Positions 27,472-37,279 of a stretch of DNA of 64,000 nucleotides are shown here, one piece after another. The DNA is taken from sequence record DRR378314_2799; one strand, 5' to 3'. How positions within the stretch are numbered: the first letter of the stretch is position 1; every line of letters begins with the position of its first letter. A program made the translations under genes and the position numbers. The notes beneath the pieces are model-generated. The model ran no database searches. It was not told the DNA's origin and worked only from the letters and a program-made list of their open reading frames with translations.

Positions 27472-29910
27472 ATGAAAACACATGCGCGGGCAGTCGTAAT
27501 TGGGGGCGGTGTTGTTGGTGTCAGCACGCTCTATCATCTGACAAAAAAAGGATGGTCAGATGTGGTTTTGCTGGAACGCACGGAATTGACTGCGGGATCG
27601 ACCTGGCACGCAGCGGGTCTTTTGCCTTTGTTCAATATGAGCTACACGGTGGGACAGATCCATAAATATAGTGTGGATCTGTATAAATCCCTGCAGGCTG
27701 AAACGGGACAGGACGTTAGTTTCCATGTCACCGGGAATTTGCGCCTTGCTTGTAGTCAGGAGCGGATGGATGAATATCTGAAATATTGCGGAACCGCTAA
27801 TACGATCGGGGTTCCGTTTGAAATGATCACCCCCTCTGAAGTGAAAGAGCTATGGCCACTTTGTGATACGGATGGATTGGTTGGCGCCCTTTACCATCCC
27901 GATGATGGTCATATCGCGCCGGTCGATCTGACAAATGCCCTGGCGGCCGGCGCTCGCAATAATGGAGGCACTATTTATCGTCACACTGAAGTTCTTGCGA
28001 TTGAGCAGCAGCGAAATGGCGAATGGCTGATCAAAACCGATAAAGGCGATATTACCGCGGAGCATGTGGTCAGTTGCACCGGAAATTATGCCCGGCAGAC
28101 CCTTTCCATGGTGGGGCTGGATATTCCGGTTATCCCGGTTGAACATCAATATATCGTCACTGATGAAGTCCCTGAGCTGGTGGCGCGGAAAAAAGCCGGT
28201 CTGTCGGAGATGGCGGTTTTGCGCGAAAGTGACGCGTCCTATTACCTGCGTGAGGAGCGGCAGGGATATATATTAGGCCCTTATGAGAAAGGGGCGCCAG
28301 CTTGTTTTGTCGATGGCGTACCGGAAACATTCGGTCAGGACCTCTTTCCAGGCGATTTGGATCGGCTACTTCCGCATGTTGAGGCGACAATTAAACGCGT
28401 TCCTTCATTCGAAACGGCAGGGATCAAAGATATCGTCAATGGCCCGATTGCCTATACCCCAGATGGCAGCCCGATGATCGGACCGGCTTGGGGACTGAAA
28501 AATTTCTGGCTTAACGAAGGCCATAGCTTCGGTGTGACAGCCGCCGGCGGTTCCGGTTGGCAATTGGCTGAGTGGATCACCGAAGGGGAGCCGGGAATTG
28601 ACATGATGGCGGTCGATCCTCGCCGGTTTGGTGCCTATGCAACCAAGCCCTACACCAAGATTAAAAACGAAGAATGTTACGAGCATGTGTTTGTTATCCA
28701 TTATCCGGATGAAGAACGGCCTGCTGCCCGCCCTTTAAGGCAAAGCCCGTGTCATGACCGGTTGGCTGCTCGAGGGGCGGTCTTCGGTCAACGCTATGGT
28801 TGGGAGCGCCCCAACTGGTTTGCGCCCGACGGGGTGGAGGCTACGGATGACTGGAGTTTCCGACGTTCCAAATACTTCAAGTATGTGGGCGATGAAGTGC
28901 GGAATATGCGGCAGAATGCCGGATTAATCGATATTACCAGCTTTTCAAAGTTCGAAGTCAGTGGACCGGGGGCTGAAGCGTATTTGAACCGGCTTGTCTG
29001 CCGAAAACTGCCGATTGCCAGTGGTCGAATTCATCTCAGCCATGTTTTGAGCAAACGGGGCGGGATCAGGTCTGAATTCACGATTATGAAGGACGGCCCG
29101 AACAAATATTATCTGGTGAGTTCCGGTGCCGCCGAACGGTTCGATTATGATTTGCTGGTGAAGAACCTGCCCGATGACAATTCCGTTCATTTAAACAATG
29201 TCACGACACAGCATGGTGTGCTGGTCCTCGCCGGGCCGCGGGCCCGCGATATATTGTCCAGGGTTACCGACGCAGATTTATCGTCGGAAGCTTTTAAATG
29301 GCTGACCGGGCAGCATATCACTGTTGGGATGGCTCCATGCCGTGCGCTGCGCGTGAATTTCGTCGGTGATTTGGGTTGGGAGTTGCATCACCCCATCGAA
29401 TATCAAAACCATATTTTTGACGCGCTGGTAACTGCGGGGGCGGAATTCGGTCTTGGCATGTGCGGAATGCGCGCCATGGATAGTTTACGGATGGAGAAAA
29501 CATACCGCATGTGGGCACAGGACCTAACGCGGGATTATACAATTCTGGAAGCTGGCTTGGATCGGTTTGTTCATCTGGATAAGGGAGACTTTATCGGACG
29601 AGAAGCCTTGATCAAGCAGAAGGAAGAGGGCATTTCGCAAATCTTTGTCGCAATAGAGATTTTCGGCATTACAGATGCCGATGCCATTGGCAATGAGCCG
29701 CTTCGGGATGCCGCAGGCAATGTGGTAGGGCGTGTCACGGCCGGTGCTTACGGACATTGGGTGGAGAAAAGCCTGGCCCAGGGGTATGTGGCGCTGGAAC
29801 AGAGTGACGTTGGCACCCGATTAAGTGTCGAAATTCTAGGTAAATCCTACGATGCAGTAATTATTCCGGAGTCTGCGTATGATCCGGAAAATTTCAGCTT
29901 GCGGTCTTAA
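27472..29910 (+). CDS. Dimethylglycine dehydrogenase-like FAD/GcvT protein
   Basis: VIGGGVVG, LTAGSTWHAAG, NGPI.YTPDG, GWERPNWF, C-terminal THF-binding GcvT domain. Confidence 0.9.
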   Translation: MKTHARAVVIGGGVVGVSTLYHLTKKGWSDVVLLERTELTAGSTWHAAGLLPLFNMSYTVGQIHKYSVDLYKSLQAETGQDVSFHVTGNLRLACSQERMDEYLKYCGTANTIGVPFEMITPSEVKELWPLCDTDGLVGALYHPDDGHIAPVDLTNALAAGARNNGGTIYRHTEVLAIEQQRNGEWLIKTDKGDITAEHVVSCTGNYARQTLSMVGLDIPVIPVEHQYIVTDEVPELVARKKAGLSEMAVLRESDASYYLREERQGYILGPYEKGAPACFVDGVPETFGQDLFPGDLDRLLPHVEATIKRVPSFETAGIKDIVNGPIAYTPDGSPMIGPAWGLKNFWLNEGHSFGVTAAGGSGWQLAEWITEGEPGIDMMAVDPRRFGAYATKPYTKIKNEECYEHVFVIHYPDEERPAARPLRQSPCHDRLAARGAVFGQRYGWERPNWFAPDGVEATDDWSFRRSKYFKYVGDEVRNMRQNAGLIDITSFSKFEVSGPGAEAYLNRLVCRKLPIASGRIHLSHVLSKRGGIRSEFTIMKDGPNKYYLVSSGAAERFDYDLLVKNLPDDNSVHLNNVTTQHGVLVLAGPRARDILSRVTDADLSSEAFKWLTGQHITVGMAPCRALRVNFVGDLGWELHHPIEYQNHIFDALVTAGAEFGLGMCGMRAMDSLRMEKTYRMWAQDLTRDYTILEAGLDRFVHLDKGDFIGREALIKQKEEGISQIFVAIEIFGITDADAIGNEPLRDAAGNVVGRVTAGAYGHWVEKSLAQGYVALEQSDVGTRLSVEILGKSYDAVIIPESAYDPENFSLRS

Positions 29911-29948
29911 GTCAGGGTTTCTGGTTGGGCTAATTGGCGGAGTGGAAA

Positions 29949-30635
29949 ATGGATGAAGAAGATATTGATCTGACGGCCTTAAATGATGACGAACTTGTCG
30001 AGCAGATGCATGACGATTTGTATGATGGCCTGGCAGATGAAGTCATGGAAGGGACAGAAATCCTCCTCGATCGTGGGTGGGAGCCTTATCGTATTCTCAC
30101 TGAGGCCCTCGTTGAAGGAATGAGGATCGTTGGTGTTGATTTCAGGGATGGTATTCTGTTTGTTCCTGAAGTTCTTTTATGTGCCAATTCCATGAAATCC
30201 GGAATGGGTATCCTGAAGCCGTTATTGGCCGAAACGGGCGCGCCCAAGGCCGGAAAAATGGTGATCGGAACCGTCAAGGGGGACATTCATGATATTGGCA
30301 AGAACCTTGTCATTATGATGATGGAAGGTGCCGGATTTGAAGTGGTTGATATCGGCATTAATAATCCGGTTGAAAATTATCTGGAGGCGCTGGAGGAACA
30401 TGAACCTGATATTCTGGGCATGTCAGCGCTTCTGACAACGACAATGCCATACATGAAAGTTGTTGTGGATGCGATGGTGGAGCGTGGCATTCGCAACGAC
30501 TATATCGTTATGGTTGGCGGTGCGCCTCTGAATGAAGAATTTGCCGATAGTGTGGGCGCAGATGCTTATGGGCGTGATGCGGCTATGACCGTGGAAATCG
30601 CCAAGCAGAAAATGGCGGAGCGTAACGTTGCCTGA
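29949..30635 (+). CDS. Corrinoid (B12-binding) protein
   Basis: GTVKGDIHDIGKNLV (DxHxxG), MSALLTTTM, VGGAP. Confidence 0.95.
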   Translation: MDEEDIDLTALNDDELVEQMHDDLYDGLADEVMEGTEILLDRGWEPYRILTEALVEGMRIVGVDFRDGILFVPEVLLCANSMKSGMGILKPLLAETGAPKAGKMVIGTVKGDIHDIGKNLVIMMMEGAGFEVVDIGINNPVENYLEALEEHEPDILGMSALLTTTMPYMKVVVDAMVERGIRNDYIVMVGGAPLNEEFADSVGADAYGRDAAMTVEIAKQKMAERNVA

Positions 30636-31252
30636 TGCAGTATGAGGCTATTCAGGAGCGCGACATAAAAACTCTGCTAATTGCTTGCGGGGCTCTTGCC
30701 AGTGAGGCTATTGCCGTTTTGGAGCAACCGGGATTGTCTCATATTAAGCTCACCTGTCTGCCGGCAAAATTGCATAATACGCCGCAGAAAATACCGGACC
30801 TTTTGCAGGCTAAAATTCGCGAAAACAAAGGAGAGTTTGACAAAATCCTTGTCCTCTATGGGGACTGCGGGACGGCTGGCGGTATTGACAGAGTTCTGCA
30901 AGAAGAAGGGGCAGAGCGTATCGGCGGTGCGCATTGCTATGAATTTTATGCGGGCACACGGGCGTTTGATGAGATTGCTGAAGAAGAGCCGGGGACCTTC
31001 TACCTAACCGATTTTCTCGTGCGGCATTTCGAAACCCTGATTTGGCAGGGGTTAAAGCTGGATAAGCACCCGGAATTACTCCCTCAGTTTTTTGGAAATT
31101 ATACCCGTCTTGTTTATTTGGCACAGCTCAGTGACGGTCGTTATGTGGAAGCGGCCAAAGTCGCCGCAGCACGGTTAAATCTTGAGTTCGAGTATGTTTT
31201 TACCGGCTTGCATACGGTCGAGGATTTCCTGTTCGAAAAGGTGACGACATGA
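30635..31252 (+). CDS. DUF1638-like protein
   Basis: IACGALA, CLPA.LHN.P, YGDCGT.G, HCYEFYAG, GTFYLTDFL. Confidence 0.8.
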   Translation: MQYEAIQERDIKTLLIACGALASEAIAVLEQPGLSHIKLTCLPAKLHNTPQKIPDLLQAKIRENKGEFDKILVLYGDCGTAGGIDRVLQEEGAERIGGAHCYEFYAGTRAFDEIAEEEPGTFYLTDFLVRHFETLIWQGLKLDKHPELLPQFFGNYTRLVYLAQLSDGRYVEAAKVAAARLNLEFEYVFTGLHTVEDFLFEKVTT

Positions 31253-31554
31253 AATTGATGTTGATTTCCTGGCGGGATATTCCGTCTCAATTGGTTTTGA
31301 AAGAGGGGCGAAAATCCGCCAAACATTTGTTAAGCGACCGTTTTCAGGAAGCTATTGACCGGGCTGCAATTCGGGACAAATCTCATGGTTCTGATGACTA
31401 TCTTGAGGGATGGAAACGCACAGAAATTGGCACGGCAACCGACGAATTAGATATGGTTTTGCAGCAAAAAGCCGAAGAACTGGAAGCTGGCTATGATGAG
31501 CCGCGTCTGGAAATTCTGATCAAAAACGGGGGATGGGAGCAAGGAAATGGATAA
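31249..31554 (+). CDS. 'Virulence factor' family small protein
   Basis: WRDIPSQ, L.DRF.EAIDRAA, DYL.GW; 4-bp overlap with upstream gene. Confidence 0.75.
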   Translation: MKLMLISWRDIPSQLVLKEGRKSAKHLLSDRFQEAIDRAAIRDKSHGSDDYLEGWKRTEIGTATDELDMVLQQKAEELEAGYDEPRLEILIKNGGWEQGNG

Positions 31555-32086
31555 GGCAGCTTATCACCCCTCCCAACAAAACCCGATTGCCAGAACCCGG
31601 TCCTCCTTTACGATTCGGCTTTGGGCTGTGCGCCATTCCCGTTTTTTGGAAGGGATGTATAAAGCCTTGGCCAGGCTATTCCTGAAATTACACCCGTTAT
31701 GGACATTGCTTGGTTATCATCGCGTGGAAAAACCTGTCGTGGCTGTCGAAAAACGGGTGAAAGCCTTTTTGTTTGATTGCCGGATGTGCGGCCAGTGTGT
31801 TCTCAGTGATACGGGTATGTCGTGCCCAATGAATTGCCCAAAATCCCTGCGCAATGGACCCTGCGGTGGCGTGCGGCCCAATGGGAATTGCGAAGTAGAA
31901 CCAGATATGCCCTGTGTCTGGGTGGAAGCCTGGAAAGGCAGCCAGCAAATGGTTGCAGGTGATCAGATCATGACCGTCCAGGCCCCGGTTGATCACTCCT
32001 TGCGGGGGAGTTCGGCATGGCTTCGCGCAACATCACAAGCTGCGCTGGAAAATCAAGAAACGGGGCCTAAGAATGGTCAGGTATGA
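31547..32086 (+). CDS. MTHFR C-terminal/MetV-like Cys-rich subunit
   Basis: DCRMCGQC.L..TGMSCPMNCPK.LRNGPCGGV...G.CEV....CVW. Confidence 0.88.
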   Translation: MDKAAYHPSQQNPIARTRSSFTIRLWAVRHSRFLEGMYKALARLFLKLHPLWTLLGYHRVEKPVVAVEKRVKAFLFDCRMCGQCVLSDTGMSCPMNCPKSLRNGPCGGVRPNGNCEVEPDMPCVWVEAWKGSQQMVAGDQIMTVQAPVDHSLRGSSAWLRATSQAALENQETGPKNGQV

Positions 32087-33161
32087 GGGAATGAATGACG
32101 CAGAAATTCCGCTACCTCTGCTGGACGGACACTCTTCGCGGGGACGCCTTGAACAGGTTTTAAGGGCTGGAGAATTTGCGGTAACGGCAGAATTGAACCC
32201 ACCGGATAGTGCAGACCCAAACGATGTGTTTGAACGTGGTGCCGTTTTTGATGGCTGGGTGGATGGGATGAACGCCACTGATGGATCGGGTGCCAATTGT
32301 CATATGTCCTCGGTTGGTATCTGTGCGTTGCTGACCCGGGTTGGATATTCCCCGATCATGCAAATTTCCTGTCGGGATCATAACCGCATTGCCATCCAGG
32401 GAAATGTCCTTGGTGCGGCAGCTATGGGTGTTAATAACATTCTGTGTTTGACGGGTGATGGTGTTCAGGCTGGCGACCAACCAGAGGCAAAACCGGTTTT
32501 TGATCTGGATTGTATGTCACTTCTTCGGACAATTCGTCAGATGCGAGATGAGGGAACGCTTTTATCCGGCCGAAAACTGACAACTCCGCCGCAGGTCTTT
32601 TTAGGGGCGGCAATCAATCCTTTTGCACCGCCTTATGAGTTTCGGCCCTTGCGCCTTGCAAAAAAAATTGAGGCAGGCGCTCAATTTGTTCAGTCTCAAT
32701 ACTGTTTTGATCTTCCCATGCTGGAAACTTACATGAACCAGGTACGGGATTTGGGGCTTGATGAGACCTGTTTCATTTTAGTCGGGGTCGGCCCGCTTGC
32801 CTCTGCCCGTGCGGCGCGCTGGATCCGTAGCAACGTTCCAGGCATTCATATTCCGGATAACATTATTGCAAGACTGGAAGGGGCAGATAATCAGAAGGAA
32901 GAAGGCAAAAGGATCTGTATTGAGATACTACAGCAGGTCCGTGAAATGAAAGGGGTGTCAGGCGCCCATGTCATGGCCTACCGGCAGGAGGAGCTAGTTG
33001 CTGAAATTGTCCATGAAAGTGATATCCTGAAAGGGCGCGCGCCCTGGCGCCGGACCCCTAACCCGGATTTTGCAGCCGTTGCAGAGGCCGTTGAAAGCAG
33101 TATGGAGCAGATGGGCGAGCCGGTAAAACCATCGGATGCTGTTGCTGCCGCTTCTGAATGA
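32073..33161 (+). CDS. metF: Methylenetetrahydrofolate reductase
   Basis: VTAEL.PP, NATD, SCRD.NRIA, LCLTGD, KKIEAGAQF.QSQ. Confidence 0.88.
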   Translation: MVRYEGMNDAEIPLPLLDGHSSRGRLEQVLRAGEFAVTAELNPPDSADPNDVFERGAVFDGWVDGMNATDGSGANCHMSSVGICALLTRVGYSPIMQISCRDHNRIAIQGNVLGAAAMGVNNILCLTGDGVQAGDQPEAKPVFDLDCMSLLRTIRQMRDEGTLLSGRKLTTPPQVFLGAAINPFAPPYEFRPLRLAKKIEAGAQFVQSQYCFDLPMLETYMNQVRDLGLDETCFILVGVGPLASARAARWIRSNVPGIHIPDNIIARLEGADNQKEEGKRICIEILQQVREMKGVSGAHVMAYRQEELVAEIVHESDILKGRAPWRRTPNPDFAAVAEAVESSMEQMGEPVKPSDAVAAASE

Positions 33162-33262
33162 GCGGATGTCGGTTTTGGGAAAGTGGTATTTCCGTTTGTT
33201 CTTTTAAGTGAAATTAGGATCCGAGCGGTGTCTGCGGATCATGAATTTAAAGGACTATTTAT

Positions 33263-34162
33263 ATGACCGATACTGTTGTTTCTTCCGCCTCTAAAGAAGT
33301 TGTTATTGGTTTCGATCGGCCATTTGTCATTATCGGGGAGCGGATCAATCCAACAGGTCGGAAACTCCTCGCGGAAGAGATGAAACAGGGCGATTACAGC
33401 CGCGTGCAGTCTGATGCTCTGGCGCAGGTGGCAGCTGGTGCCCAGATGCTGGATGTCAACGCAGGAATTCCGCTTGCTGATGAGCCAAAAATGCTGGCCG
33501 AAGTGGTTCAGCTTGTTCAATCCTTAACTGATGTACCTCTGTCCATAGACAGTTCTATCGTCGCTGCGCTGGAGTCTGGTTTGTCGGTCTATAAGGGCAA
33601 AGCACTGGTCAATTCTGTGACCGGAGAGGAAGAACGCCTGGAGACAGTTTTACCGCTGGTAAAGAAATATGGCGCGGCAGTCGTGGCCATTTCAAATGAT
33701 GAAAGTGGTATTTCCGAAGATCCAAACGTCCGCTTTGAAGTTGCCAAAAAGATTGTTGAACGAGCCCAGGATTATGGCATTCCGGCATCTGATGTTGTGG
33801 TGGATCCGTTGGTCATGCCAGTAGGCGCGATCAATGACGCGGGTGTGCAGGTGCTGCATCTACTCCGACGCCTTCGCGAAGAGTTGAAAGTGAATACGAC
33901 CTGTGGGGCTTCAAATTTCAGTTTTGGACTGCCAAATCGCCATGGCATGAATGCGTCATTTCTATCCATGGCAATTGGGGCAGGGATGACCTCTGCCATT
34001 ACGAACCCCCTGCATGAGCCGGAAATGCAGGCGGTTATGGGCGCAAATGTCGTGATGGGTACGGACCCTAACTGCGTCAAATGGATCCAGAAATTCCGGG
34101 AACCTGTTGCCGAAGGGGAAAGTGGTGGCCGGCGCGCTAGCCGGAGACGGCGGCGCGGATAA
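33263..34162 (+). CDS. Methyltetrahydrofolate:corrinoid methyltransferase (pterin-binding domain)
   Basis: IGERINPTGRK, LDVNAG, PLSIDSS, VNSVTGE, GASN.SFGLP.R. Confidence 0.92.
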   Translation: MTDTVVSSASKEVVIGFDRPFVIIGERINPTGRKLLAEEMKQGDYSRVQSDALAQVAAGAQMLDVNAGIPLADEPKMLAEVVQLVQSLTDVPLSIDSSIVAALESGLSVYKGKALVNSVTGEEERLETVLPLVKKYGAAVVAISNDESGISEDPNVRFEVAKKIVERAQDYGIPASDVVVDPLVMPVGAINDAGVQVLHLLRRLREELKVNTTCGASNFSFGLPNRHGMNASFLSMAIGAGMTSAITNPLHEPEMQAVMGANVVMGTDPNCVKWIQKFREPVAEGESGGRRASRRRRRG

Positions 34163-34168
34163 ATTAAA

Positions 34169-36190
34169 ATGGCAGAGGATCAAAAATATCAGGTCGTTTT
34201 TCTTCCGTCTGGCAAACGGGGATTCTTCGAAAGCGGGACAAAGCTGCTGGAGGCGGGGCGAAGCCTTGGTGTGGACATCGACAGTGTCTGCGGTGGCCGC
34301 GGAATTTGTGGTCGTTGTCAGGTGGACTTGGTCGAGGGAACATTTTCCAAATTCGGAATAACAAGTGAAGCCACCGCGCTGACACCCATTTCAGAGAATG
34401 AAATACGATTTGATCAGCGCAGGGGTCTTAAGCCCGGCTGTCGTTTAAGTTGCCATACCCGTATTCAAAAAGATGTGGTCATTGATGTACCATCCACCAG
34501 TCAGGTCCATCGACAGGTGGTGGTCAAGACAGCGGATGATCGAAAAATCAAGATGGATCCAGCTATCCGTCTTCATTATGTCAGCGTGCAAGAACCAGAT
34601 ATGCACAATCCGACTGGTGACTTTGAACGGTTGACGGCCGCGCTGAATGCGCAATGGGGACTAGGCGAGCTTGAGTGCGATTTAAGGACCCTACAGAAGC
34701 TGCAGAAATGCCTGCGTGAAGGGGATTGGAAAGTCACCGTTGCTGTCCATCGGGAGCTTCGTATTACGGAAATTTGGCCTGGATTTCATGATAAAGCTTA
34801 TGGGGTGGCTGTTGATGTGGGCTCAACCACTATTGCCCTTCATCTTTGTAATCTTTCGACAGGTGCAATTGTTGCGTCTTCGGGAATGATGAACCCGCAA
34901 ATCCGATATGGTGAAGACCTGATGAGCCGGGTGTCTTATGTGATGATGAACCCGGGCGGCGATGAAGCGCTGACCCAGACCGTCCGCCAGGGCATTAACG
35001 AGCTGTTGGCAGAAGTCTGCGAAGAGGCTGACATAGATCCGGATCATATTTTGAACGGCGTGATTGTGGGTAACCCGATCATGCATCATTTGTTACTGGG
35101 AATTGATCCAACCGAGCTTGGCGGTGCGCCATTTGCGCTGTCAACAAATACAGGATTGAACTTGTGGGCGAGTGAAATTGGACTGAACAGCAATCCGGAC
35201 GGGCGTGTCTATTTTCTTCCCTGCATTGCAGGGCATGTCGGGGCAGATACAACTGCAGTCATTCTTTCAGAAGCGCCGCATCTCCAGGACAAAATAACGC
35301 TGATTGTCGATGTCGGAACCAACGCAGAACTGGTTTTGGGAAATCGGCATCGTCTGCTTGCAGCTTCGTCACCCACAGGGCCAGCATTCGAAGGGGCGCA
35401 AATTGCTTGCGGTCAGCGGGCAACTGCTGGCGCAATTGAACGAGTTCGGATTGATCCTGTTACCAAGGCCGCCCGTTTCAAGGTTATTGGATCTGATTTA
35501 TGGTCAAATGAAGCCGGCTTTGAAGAGGAAACCCGCCTCTCAGGCGTGACCGGTATTTGTGGGTCCGGTATTATTGAGGCATTGGCAGAAATGTATCTGG
35601 CGGGAATTTTGACCGAAGATGGGGTCATCGACGGCCGTCTTGCTGAGACTTGTGACTTAATAGAACCTGTGGATAGAACCTTCGCCTATGTTCTGGCTCC
35701 GGATCAGCCCACCCCCATACGTATTTATCAGACAGATGTTCGGGCCATCCAATTGGCGAAAGCAGCCTTATATGCTGGGGCTAAGCTGTTGATGGACCGT
35801 CTGGGGGTGACGGAACTGGATCGGGTTTTGCTGACGGGGGCTTTTGGGAGTCATATTGATACTCGTTACGCCATGATATTGGGAATGATACCTGATTGTA
35901 ATCTGGATGAGGTGAAAGCGGTCGGCAATGCTGCCGGGAACGGCGCGCGGATTGCCTTGTTGAACCAGGCGGCGCGGGATGAAGCTGAAAGACTGGTTCG
36001 CCAGGTGGAGAAAATTGAAACGGCGGTCGAGCCGGCTTTTCAACAATATTTCGTCGATGCCATGGCGCTTCCCCACAAGCGGGATCCCTTTGTGAATTTG
36101 AAAAAACGCGTCACGTTACCGGATGCAGCTCCGCCAACGGATGATGTTACGACCGGCGGCCGCCGCCGACGCCGAAAACGGCGGGCTTAA
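34169..36190 (+). CDS. ASKHA-domain corrinoid reductive activator (RACo type) with N-terminal 2Fe-2S
   Basis: CGGRGICGRC...RLSC, DVGSTT, NPQIR.GEDLMSR, DVGTNAE, GPAFEGA, GICGSG. Confidence 0.92.
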   Translation: MAEDQKYQVVFLPSGKRGFFESGTKLLEAGRSLGVDIDSVCGGRGICGRCQVDLVEGTFSKFGITSEATALTPISENEIRFDQRRGLKPGCRLSCHTRIQKDVVIDVPSTSQVHRQVVVKTADDRKIKMDPAIRLHYVSVQEPDMHNPTGDFERLTAALNAQWGLGELECDLRTLQKLQKCLREGDWKVTVAVHRELRITEIWPGFHDKAYGVAVDVGSTTIALHLCNLSTGAIVASSGMMNPQIRYGEDLMSRVSYVMMNPGGDEALTQTVRQGINELLAEVCEEADIDPDHILNGVIVGNPIMHHLLLGIDPTELGGAPFALSTNTGLNLWASEIGLNSNPDGRVYFLPCIAGHVGADTTAVILSEAPHLQDKITLIVDVGTNAELVLGNRHRLLAASSPTGPAFEGAQIACGQRATAGAIERVRIDPVTKAARFKVIGSDLWSNEAGFEEETRLSGVTGICGSGIIEALAEMYLAGILTEDGVIDGRLAETCDLIEPVDRTFAYVLAPDQPTPIRIYQTDVRAIQLAKAALYAGAKLLMDRLGVTELDRVLLTGAFGSHIDTRYAMILGMIPDCNLDEVKAVGNAAGNGARIALLNQAARDEAERLVRQVEKIETAVEPAFQQYFVDAMALPHKRDPFVNLKKRVTLPDAAPPTDDVTTGGRRRRRKRRA

Positions 36191-36202
36191 GAGCGCGGTC
36201 AA

Positions 36203-37219
36203 CTAGCCAACGGTTTTGATTTTAATGCGCCGTTCTTCGCTTGGAGTATGACCAAAATGCTCCCGATGGCATTTTGAAAAGTGAGAGGCGGAGACAAATC
36301 CGCAAGCCAGCGCGACCTCGATAATCGGTAGGCTGGTTTGGGCCAATAGATAACGGGCCCGATCCAGACGCAGTTTTAAATAATAGCGAGTAGGCGAGTG
36401 ATTAAGGTATTTTTGAAAAAGCCGTTCCAACTGGCGGATGGAAAGGCCGATCTCCTTGGCCAACTCACCGCAACTGAAGGGTTCTTCCAGGTTACTTTCC
36501 ATGCAGGTAATCGCTGCCAGCAGTTTTGGATGTGCAATCCCGAGGCGGGCGCGCAGCTCCATCCTTTGGCGTTCACTACCCTCGCGAATGCGATGATGGA
36601 TCAGTTGATCGGCAACGGCCAACGCAACATCTTCCCCATTATGAGCGGTGATGAGGCTTAAGAACATATCCAGTGAAGCCGTTCCGCCAGCGCAGGTCAT
36701 ACGGTTGCGATCAATTTCAAACAGTTCTGTCGTGATATCGAGTTCTGGAAAATCTTCTTTAATTCCAGACGTGTTTTCCCAATGAATTGTTGATCTGAAA
36801 CCATCAAGCAATCCGGCTTTCGCCAGGATATATGTCCCGGTGCAAATGGACCCGATATCAGCGCCATAGGATACGGCTTTGCGAAGGGCGGACTTCAGCT
36901 CTGGGGTGCAATAATCACCGACATTCATACCACCGCAAATGATCAGGCAATCATGTTTGGAAATATCTGCGACACTTCCACTGACCGAAAACTCCAACCC
37001 GGCACTACTGAGCGCTGATTGCCCATCCAGAGAGTAGAATTTCCAATCATAGATTTTACGGTCGAGCTGCCTGTTGGTTAGGCGCAAAGGTTCAATCGCT
37101 GAAATAAACGCTAAAGAGGAAAACTCCGGTATTAGGCAGAAGCCGATTGAGTATTTGGCTTCTTCGGGCTGCCCCATATCGTTAGAAATATGGGAACCCC
37201 CAGTCAGTTCCATTAACAT
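36203..37219 (-). CDS. GlxA-family AraC regulator (GbdR/SouR-like)
   Basis: IEPLR..N, CTG...LA.AGLLDG..TIHWEN, TCAGG.A.LD, C-terminal AraC HTH; start may be 37177. Confidence 0.92.
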   Translation of the reverse strand: MLMELTGGSHISNDMGQPEEAKYSIGFCLIPEFSSLAFISAIEPLRLTNRQLDRKIYDWKFYSLDGQSALSSAGLEFSVSGSVADISKHDCLIICGGMNVGDYCTPELKSALRKAVSYGADIGSICTGTYILAKAGLLDGFRSTIHWENTSGIKEDFPELDITTELFEIDRNRMTCAGGTASLDMFLSLITAHNGEDVALAVADQLIHHRIREGSERQRMELRARLGIAHPKLLAAITCMESNLEEPFSCGELAKEIGLSIRQLERLFQKYLNHSPTRYYLKLRLDRARYLLAQTSLPIIEVALACGFVSASHFSKCHREHFGHTPSEERRIKIKTVG

Positions 37220-37279
37220 AGATGAAACGCTACTGTAACAATCCTAATTCGGCAACAAATTTTTCCATATTCAAGCCTG

